Shown here: in pieces, positions 8,864 through 17,700 of the stretch
How the letters are laid out: every line of letters starts with the position of its first letter
Position numbering within the stretch: the first letter of the stretch is position 1
Virus record (IMG/VR): IMGVR_UViG_3300044858_000265
Span: 1 to 38,619 of that record
Origin: a virus
Taxonomy: Duplodnaviria; Caudoviricetes
Length of the DNA: 38,619 nucleotides
Strand: one strand, 5' to 3'
The notes under the pieces: model-generated
What the model saw: only the letters and a program-made list of their open reading frames with translations
What the model was told of the DNA's origin: nothing
Database searches by the model: none
Made by a program: the position numbers and the translations under genes

Positions 8864-11728
8864 ATGGACACGCTGAGTTTTTTTCAGCGAGTACTACCAA
8901 CTGAAGGATTGTATTGCATAGCTAGTTTTGAGCAGGACAACCCTGCACCAAGACATGGTTACTTTGATTCGGTAGAAAAACTCGCACAAGTTGCACTCGC
9001 CCTAAATAGCAGGGGGCAAAACACGTACTACGCCATCTCTACATTCACAGAGAAGCGTAGGAAGCAGGAGTTCGTTGAGCGTACAAAGGTACTTGCAATA
9101 GACGTTGACTGCGGTATTGGTAAGAACGGAAAGCCAAAGCCGTTCATTGATGCAAGCGAAGGGGCCAAGGCTTTGATTGCTTTCGTCAAAGATGTTGGGC
9201 TACCCATGCCGATGATTGTGTCGTCAGGTAATGGACTACATGTTTACTGGATTCTTGATACGGCGGTAGCGCCTGCGCAGTGGAAGCCATTGGCTAACGC
9301 ATTGAAAGCGGCTTGCTTAGAGAAAGGGTTCACACCTGATATTGGTGTGACAGGGGATAGTGCACGTATTCTTAGACCGATTGGATGTGTGAATCCTAAA
9401 GGCGGTAAGACTGCGGTGTTGTTGCGTGATGCACCTGATGTAACCTACAACCAATTGTGGGCGGTACTCGAACCTTTTACTCATGGCTCATCTTATGAGC
9501 TACCTGCACAACCAGCACGTAGCAATACGTTGTTGGATGCTATGGCAGTCAAGCATGAGTATCAGCCTGCTAATGCAGAGCGAGTAGTTTCGGGATGCCA
9601 ACAAGTTAAATGGGGTGTCGAGAATCAGAACGATGTACTCGAACCCTTTTGGTGGAAGATGATGGGTGTTGCTGCCTATTGCCAAGAGCCGATAGCTACT
9701 GCAATTAAATGGAGTAAAGACTACAAACACTTTGATGAAGGTGAAGTAACCACCAAGATTGAGAACTGGAAGAACGGCGCAACAGGCCCAACACTGTGCG
9801 AGAAGTTTATGCTTGAGCGACCTGATGGTTGTAAGGGTTGTAAGTTTAAGGACAAGATTGGTAGCCCCGCAAGACTAGGTACACAACTAGCTGAAGTCAA
9901 ATCAATGGCGGCTATGGTTGACCCTCTTGCCGCAGTTGTACCAGTACCCAAGCCATTTAAACGTACCACTGATGGTATGAAGATGGTCATTGAGGAAACA
10001 GATATTGACGTATGCAAGTTCGACTTATACCCAGTGGGGTATGGCAAAGATGAAGGACTTGGCTACGAGATTGTTCGCTTTATGTGGAATCGTCCACACG
10101 TTGGATGGACTGAGTTGGTAATGCGTCAGGCTAACTTGGCGCAGGGTAGTCGTGACTTCTCTACCACAATCGCAGACCAAGGCATCCTTCTTTTTAACAA
10201 GTCACAAACGGAAAACTTCCAAATGCTTTTACGTTCATACATGGAGGAGTTGAAGCAACGCCGAGGACTAACAAACTTGTATTCATCAATGGGTTGGAAA
10301 TCAAACTACAACGAGTTTGTCATTGGTAGTTCGCTTCTACGCCGGGACTCCAACGGCACAGTCACTACTGAGCAAGTCAACTTAGCCCAAGGGGTAGGGA
10401 AAATATCTGAGGATATGTACGGCACGAAAGGCGACTTGCAAGAGTGGGTTAACTTTACCCGCATCCTTGACTCTGCTGATTTAAAACTCCACAAGTTCCT
10501 AATTGGTTTTTCATTTGCAACACCATTGCTCAAGGTCAGTGGCTTAAAAGGTTTGATTCTTTCCCTGTATGGTAAGACTGGCGGGGGTAAGACACTAGGT
10601 CAGTACATGATGCAATCCATATGGGGCAATCCTGACCAACTCCATTTCGGTGGGAAGTTCACACAGAACAGTTTGTTCTCACGCCTTTCATTGCATGGCA
10701 ACCTACCCATGACAGTAGACGAACTGACAATGCTTGACCGTGAAGAAGCAGGCGACCTTATCTACTGGACATCCCAAGGTAGGGATAAGGCACGACTTAA
10801 CCGCAGTGCAGAAGAACGAGCAACCAAAGAGTGGGCGACCACTATGACTGTATCGACTAACGAATCACTGCACAGTATGTTGTACGCAGGTGGTCATGCT
10901 ACGGACGCCAAGCTCGCTCGACTGCTTGAGTTTAATGTTGCACCGCACCCATTGTTTACTAAGGGTAGCCAAGTGGGTCGGCAGATTCACGCTTTCCTAA
11001 TGAATAACTACGGCACAGTAGGGCAAGAGTTTGTTAAACACTTGATGCCGTTGGGTATAGATGGACTAAAGGCAATGCTTGACCATGCCATCAATGAGTT
11101 CCCTAAGAAGTATGGAATTAGCTTTACTGGAGACGAACGCTTTTGGGAAGTCGGTGTTGTGCTTTCAGACTTAGGCAACCAGTTGGCTAAAGAGTATGGG
11201 CTTATCCAGTATGACTATCAAGACGCAACTGAGTGGGCACTGGGGGAACTGAAGTCCATGAAGGTATCTGCGGCAACCAATCGTATGGATGCGTTTGATG
11301 CACTGGGCGAGTTCATTAACGAGAACATGGATGCAACTTTGACTGTCATGCACACCCCCGGACAGAAGCCAATGCGGGACAACAACCGCCCATATATTGC
11401 AGACATCCTTGTGCGCTATGACTTATTCCGTAAAACCTATGATGGTAAGTTTGAGAGCGGAACAGTGCTTGTCGAAAGAACCAAGCTACGGAAATGGCTT
11501 AGCACTCGGGGCTATGACTACAAGGCGTTTATCCAAGAGTTTGAGTCAGAAGGGATTATTGCTACACCGAAATCACAGAAAGCGTACTTCGGTAAAGATG
11601 TTGGTATTAAGATTCCACAATGCTATGTGGTCGGCATCAACCTCAATCACCCACGTTTACTGGGAATCTTGGATGACGCTGACCATTCGGTAAATGACCT
11701 AACTCATGGGCAACTGAAAGTCGTTTAG
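8864..11728 (+). CDS. DNA primase-helicase (AEP/RepB-like primase + Cys-rich domain + DUF927 helicase)
   Basis: AIDVDC, SSGNGLHVYW, DSARILRP primase motifs; CEKF..DGCKGC; MGWK and Walker A GKTGGGKT, Walker B TVDE, GRDKARL. Confidence 0.88.
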   Translation: MDTLSFFQRVLPTEGLYCIASFEQDNPAPRHGYFDSVEKLAQVALALNSRGQNTYYAISTFTEKRRKQEFVERTKVLAIDVDCGIGKNGKPKPFIDASEGAKALIAFVKDVGLPMPMIVSSGNGLHVYWILDTAVAPAQWKPLANALKAACLEKGFTPDIGVTGDSARILRPIGCVNPKGGKTAVLLRDAPDVTYNQLWAVLEPFTHGSSYELPAQPARSNTLLDAMAVKHEYQPANAERVVSGCQQVKWGVENQNDVLEPFWWKMMGVAAYCQEPIATAIKWSKDYKHFDEGEVTTKIENWKNGATGPTLCEKFMLERPDGCKGCKFKDKIGSPARLGTQLAEVKSMAAMVDPLAAVVPVPKPFKRTTDGMKMVIEETDIDVCKFDLYPVGYGKDEGLGYEIVRFMWNRPHVGWTELVMRQANLAQGSRDFSTTIADQGILLFNKSQTENFQMLLRSYMEELKQRRGLTNLYSSMGWKSNYNEFVIGSSLLRRDSNGTVTTEQVNLAQGVGKISEDMYGTKGDLQEWVNFTRILDSADLKLHKFLIGFSFATPLLKVSGLKGLILSLYGKTGGGKTLGQYMMQSIWGNPDQLHFGGKFTQNSLFSRLSLHGNLPMTVDELTMLDREEAGDLIYWTSQGRDKARLNRSAEERATKEWATTMTVSTNESLHSMLYAGGHATDAKLARLLEFNVAPHPLFTKGSQVGRQIHAFLMNNYGTVGQEFVKHLMPLGIDGLKAMLDHAINEFPKKYGISFTGDERFWEVGVVLSDLGNQLAKEYGLIQYDYQDATEWALGELKSMKVSAATNRMDAFDALGEFINENMDATLTVMHTPGQKPMRDNNRPYIADILVRYDLFRKTYDGKFESGTVLVERTKLRKWLSTRGYDYKAFIQEFESEGIIATPKSQKAYFGKDVGIKIPQCYVVGINLNHPRLLGILDDADHSVNDLTHGQLKVV

Positions 11729-14700
11729 TCGGGGATGCCCGAAAGGGTTTCCTCGTCTACCCCATAGAGGCGGAGCATTTCTTTTGCTTCTGCTCTACCA
11801 CCTTTGGCGGAGGACTTAAGGGCACGTAACGCAAGTGGTTTCTGTGCTTCACGATAGGCTTGACTCAAGCCTTTCTCAAAGTTGCGAATCTCTAGGCGTG
11901 TCCCTTTGGTGCTCTCGTTCCATGACTTGATGTATTCCTTGACATCCTTCTCGGCATCAGCATCGCCTGACAATCGAGCGGCAACTGCTTGGCGGGTAGC
12001 TTCAGTCTTAATCATAGACATATATGCTTGTTCCTGTGAGTCAGCCATCAACCAGTCCATCTGTGCCTGAGCACGGGATGGATACCAACCAAGAGCCTTA
12101 CCAAGTATTTCCCAAGCAGTAGCGTTTTGCGCCACAACATATCCCTTGGTGTCAACAATCGCACCAGTATCGTAGAACTTAAACGCAGTACCCAAGTTCT
12201 TGATAGCCGTAAAGGGAGAGTCAGTCGCTAAAGAAGTTATGCCTTTACGACCTGTGGCTACGGCAGGTAATGTGTTGAACGTGTATTCAAATGCACCCGC
12301 CAAGAAAGACGTTGGTGCACCTGCAATATTTACCACCTCACGCAGAATTTCTTGCTTGGTAGCCGATGGTTTAAGCAGACCAGTTCCGGGGATTATGTCG
12401 CCAAGACCTAAGCGGTTCGAGAATGAAAGACCAGTGAAGTGGTCAAGCAAACCACGCATGATGATTGGGTTAATCTCTGCCGCTAGTTCATCACCGAATA
12501 CGCTACGGGTCAGACGAGCAAACTCTTTTTCAACCGAGCCAACCTTCAAGCCAAGGCGCTGAGCAATACCATCAACAATGTCCAAGATGTCGTCAGAACC
12601 CGGTATGCCCCGTACTCCGGATAACAAGAGCAACGACCCGAGCATGATGATACGACCTTCATAGTTCATGTTCTTCAACAACTGAACCATCAGGATTGGG
12701 TACTGCTTATACATGTAGATGAACGACTGGAGTCCACCACGGAAGAAAGCAGGGCGGTTGTACTGAGCGTAATCCCCTTGGGTAGCATCAACGGCACGAG
12801 ATGCCGCAGCACGGGCGGCAAGGTCAGCTTCATTGTGGGCTAGGCCAGCAGCACGTTGACGGTCATACTCACCACGATATGCTGCTAGGAGTGTGGTGCG
12901 GCGGTTAAATTGTTCGGAGTAACTGAATGGAAGCATCCATACCTGAATAACTTTTTGTGCGGTTGGATTGCCAGTAATCTTACGACCACGGCTAGTACCA
13001 GTCAGAGCATTAAACTGTGCCGCATCAAGGCGTTGTTCCTCAGTCATGGTTTGGAGGAAGTTCAGTTCGGCAAACGTTAACCCATCCTTGTTCCTATCTT
13101 CACCACTGTCTTGCAGTTCTTTAATCTGCCCTTTGATATAGTCTAGGTTGGAGTAGCGGAAGCTACCTGCTTTGCGACCATACTCAAACAAAAGCGTAGC
13201 GGCACGACCTGCACCTAGTCCCAAACCAAAGCCATTCTTAGGATTGAAAGCTGAGAGATACGCCCATGAGTTGGTTGGCAACGAAAGCATCTGTGTGACA
13301 CCAGTAGCAATAGAACCACCAAGTTGAGCAATAGCCGCCCAAGTACGAGCCGCAACAGACCATTCGTTGTTTGTCCAAATGTCGTCAGCATGAACAATGT
13401 CACCCGTGGATTCTTTCCAGTCGAGCAAAGACTTAGCACGTTCTTTGTACCAGTTGCCACGCTCTACACGCTTACCATCAATAACTTCAACGGCATTGTC
13501 GTAATAGAACTTCTCTTGGAAGTAGTCACGAGCGGCAATTTCTTTGGCTTCACCAGTGCTGCTTTCCCATTTAACACGGAGTTCTTCCAAGCGAGTTGGG
13601 TCGCCCTGCCAGTTGTATGGGTTGTCTAGTACTTCGTCGTACTGATGGCGGAACTCTTTGTTGGCTGCGGTATATGCCTGCTGTTCTAGGTAGGCTGACG
13701 CACTCTTGACAACATCTTTGTCCCAGCCCGGTACACCCGAACGCTTTAAGTTTGCACGGGCACGAGTGTTCTGTGCCGTAAGTTTCTGAACCAAGGTTGT
13801 CCGTTGCTCGGGAGTAATGTTAATACCCAAACGGCTTAGCGAATACATTACCTCGTCATAGTGAAGGATGTCCACAAGGGCAGGGGTCTGCTCTGCAACC
13901 GATGCAATGGCTCGCAACTTAACTGTCTGCATATTGCCATCGGCGTCACGCATATCGTGCTCACCTGCAAACAAGTTGTCCAGTTCGTCTTGAACTTCTT
14001 GGGCATCTTTTTGGTTAGCGGTCTTGCCGTAGAACAAAGAGTCTTGTTGCCCTTGGCGTAACTTAATAGGAACTTCTTGTCCGTTGACAGTCTTATAGGC
14101 TTGAATACGAATTTGCCAATCGCCTTCACGGATGAGGGGAACGTACGAACCAGCAATGGTTCGTTTGGCGTAGAACTGGTCATCATTAATAGAAGCGGCA
14201 AACATTGCACGTTCTTCAATGCGATGCTCCAATGCCCAAATAGAACTATCCCGAGTATCGTCTATATCAGGGTCTCCCTTGGTGCGGAGTTTTTTGCGCA
14301 TACCACGCACAATCGTATCAACCTCTGCGGGGGTATAGCCTTCGACCATTTTGGACAGGTCAGTTAGTGCAAAGTCAGTGTAGAACGCACGGGCAAACTT
14401 CATACGTAGCCACTCGTTGGCATCCTCTTGAGAAGCCTCGCTCATCTCAAAGCGGTTGTTCTTGTAGCCTGAATCTTTTAGGCGCATGCGGTCGTACTGC
14501 TCAACTATATCCTCAATGAACTTAGTTTCCTGTGCAGTTAGCGACTGGCTAAACGATGCACCAACACCGGAAGTAATGGCACGGGTTTGCTCGTGGATAG
14601 CACCAAGATACTTACCAATCAATACGTCAGCCGCCGACTTAGAGATAGCTTCGTGGAACTGCAAGTACACCTGATACTCAATACTTGTACCTGTGTAAGT

Positions 14701-17700
14701 CACAGTGCCATCGTCATTCTCGATTACAGTACCATCAACATCTTTAAACCAGCCAAGCGAATCCGTTAAACGAGGAGCCTCATAGGTCTTATCGTTCATC
14801 TGCTTGGTGTAGTATCGCTTGGTACTTTCCACAGTGCTGGCATATCTATTTTCAAGACGTTTAATGCGTAGTTCAAACTCTAGCTTGGCTTCTTCATTAG
14901 TAGCCGCAGCCAGTTTCTTTTGCAGACGGGCAAGTTCTCTGTCCTTACCTGCTTCCATAATGGCAAGCTCTCTGTCCCGTTGCGCAGCCAGTTCCGCTTT
15001 GTACTCCTCGGTCATTGGGCGTTCTTCCGTACCCTGTTGGACTTTAAAGCCACTACGGAATTCTTCAGGCGTCATACGACCAGCCTGTTTTAACTGGTTA
15101 AATCCGTCTACGTTTATCTTAGGTATTGGTTCAAGATTGTTAGGGTCATAGAACACAATGTTGTCCATCTTAGCAATGGCGTTATCCGACATTTGGTTCA
15201 TCTTAAACAGCGTAGCGTATGCCATCAACTCACCGGCACGGACACTTTGCTCAGCCGTTAAACCCTGTCCAAACCCAAGGAACTTAGCTTCATGGGCAAT
15301 ATTGGTCATCTCAGCATACTGAGTCTTAAGTTCAGTCTGACGAGCCGCTTGGTCTTGTAGCAACCTAAAGATATTGAAGTAGCCCTTAGACTTACGAGCC
15401 ATGTTGTCTTGAGTTTGAATACCATCAAGAACCTTTTGAACCACGTTACTTACGTTGGCAAGGACACCCTTACCTTGTTTACGCATCTCAGCAGATTTTT
15501 GTGAGGCATCCACAATATCTTGAATGGAGCGGGAAATACCACCGTAAATGGCAAAGTTGCGGTTTACAAAGTTCTGTGCAAAGTTAGCAGAACCTTGGGC
15601 AGCAGACTGGGCAAAGCGTAATACTTCAATATCAGACTGTTCAGTAGCCAGTGCTTCGCTGATTTCTTTAAACAAACCAGAGGTGTTGACTTCACTACGC
15701 CCAACGCCTTGACGCACGTACTTGCGTGATAGGCTAATAAGGTAGCGGGCTGCGTCGTCGTTGAACGACAAGCCGAGTTTATTCAACTGGTCTTTTAACC
15801 AGTTCCAAAATCTAAGGATTGTGTTATTGTCAATGGCAGCAGCACGGTCTGCCAACACCTCCTCGACTGCTTCGAGGAATGGGATTCCTTTGCCGTTCGC
15901 ATATACGATTGCCTCATTTGTGAGATGAGGGTCAGCATCGGCAACGAACTGGAGAATCTTATTAAGTGCTTGATTGCTAAACAATCCACGGAAACCTACG
16001 TGCCCAAGGGTTTCATGAGCAATGATAAAGCGAGCGTGTTCTTCAGAGTGGATGAGGTCTGCAAACAGAACCACGTTGTCACCCCAAGCCATACCTGCGG
16101 CATTGACCGCTTCAATGTCACCATCTCTACGGGCTTTTGCTGCCGCTTCAAACAGAGCAGGGTTGCTACGCTTCATGTCTTGGATATTGGCAAACACAGA
16201 TACCCGTGGCTTACGAGCGTACTTAGAAATAACTCGAGCCGCAAACAAGCGCAATGGGCCAACTTTCATTGGCGTTAAGGGTTTACCATTAGAACGGAAA
16301 GCACGCCAGTCATCATCACTGTTTGGCTTGCGGTCATAGAATGGGTCAAACTGGAGGTCATCCAGTGTGAGTTGGTCTTCCGTATCTTCCAAGTCCCGCA
16401 TATCTTTACGGGCAGTTTCGTGCTTAGCCACGAAGTCAGACTTGGTAGTCTTTTCCTCAGCCACAGTATTAGGAATAAAGTAAGACGTACCAGCAGGTTG
16501 AGTTACCAGTGGGTTGCCATTGGTGTCAAAGAAGTCTTTGATGCGACCACGCTTACCAACAAGGAAATTGTCATCGTCAATCTTAGCGTATCGCTTCTTC
16601 AACTCATTGATAAGTTGCTGCTTGTCGTAGTACTGTGGATTGGAGTCAATGAAGTTAGCAAGGCGTTCTTCGTCAGAAATCTCAGAGTTAGCCCCAATGG
16701 TTTCTCCTACCACTGCTTCTTGTGTAGTTTTTGCGCCGGGGACACGTACGTTCTTCAGTACGTTCACATCGTTTAGCAAACCAGCATCAGCCAACAGACC
16801 ATACAGGCGTGACTTCGGAGAGATGGATTCTTCATCCAATGCAATCTCACGCAGAGCAGCTACATAGTCGCCCTTCGGTACACCGCCTTCATCTGTCAAG
16901 AACTTTGTAGATGTCTTACGTAAATACGTACGGTCTGCTGAGGTTACATAAGCAGACACAATGTCGTACAACGCCTCGGCATATGCCGCTGCGTTCTTAG
17001 TTGTTTCGGCAGTCTCGATAGCCATATCGAGTTCTTCGTTGGCTGCAACTGTCTCAGCACTAGCTTCATTCGGCCCACGTTTAGGTTGGCTTTCAACCAC
17101 AGTAGGCTGAGCCGTTGTACCCATAAGTTGCCCAACCATTGCAGCCAAACCACTCGGGCCTTTCTGCAACTTGGCTGCTTTGGGTGCGGCTTCAGCCTTA
17201 GCCTCAGTCTTTTTTGCTGGGGCTTTCTTTAATGCTTTACCCCCTTTAGGAGGTGGGGGTGGAGGTGTTTCCTCAGGGGTTACTTTTTCTTTGGCTTTGA
17301 GGGCTTGACCTTTTGTGGGAGCTTTGCCCCCTTTGGTGTCTCCTTTGCGAACTTCGCTGCCACCTTTGGTTCGTTGGCGTACAGGTACTTGCGCTGGGCT
17401 TGGCTCTTGAACGGCATCTTCTGTTACCTCCGGTTGTATAAAATCCCCATCTTCAAACTGACCATCAAATACAGTACCATCTGCGTCTTCAAAACGACCT
17501 GTACCTTGTGGCTTGCCGTTCTTAAACTGCCCCGTGTATGTGGATGTATCAGAGTAAATCAGAGTGCCTTGACCATTAGGCTCACCTTTTTTCAATTGCC
17601 CTGTATATATAGAGCCATCTTCAAAAGTAATAGTGCCTGTCTTTTCTTTCTTAAGTGCCGCACCCTTAGCTGCTTCAGAAGTAACCGCAGTAACAGGTGC

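Noticed and set aside
9465-9650. Repeat GTACTCGAACC(C)TTTT twice in the primase gene
   Set aside because: Both encode VLEPF in frame; only two short copies, most likely chance
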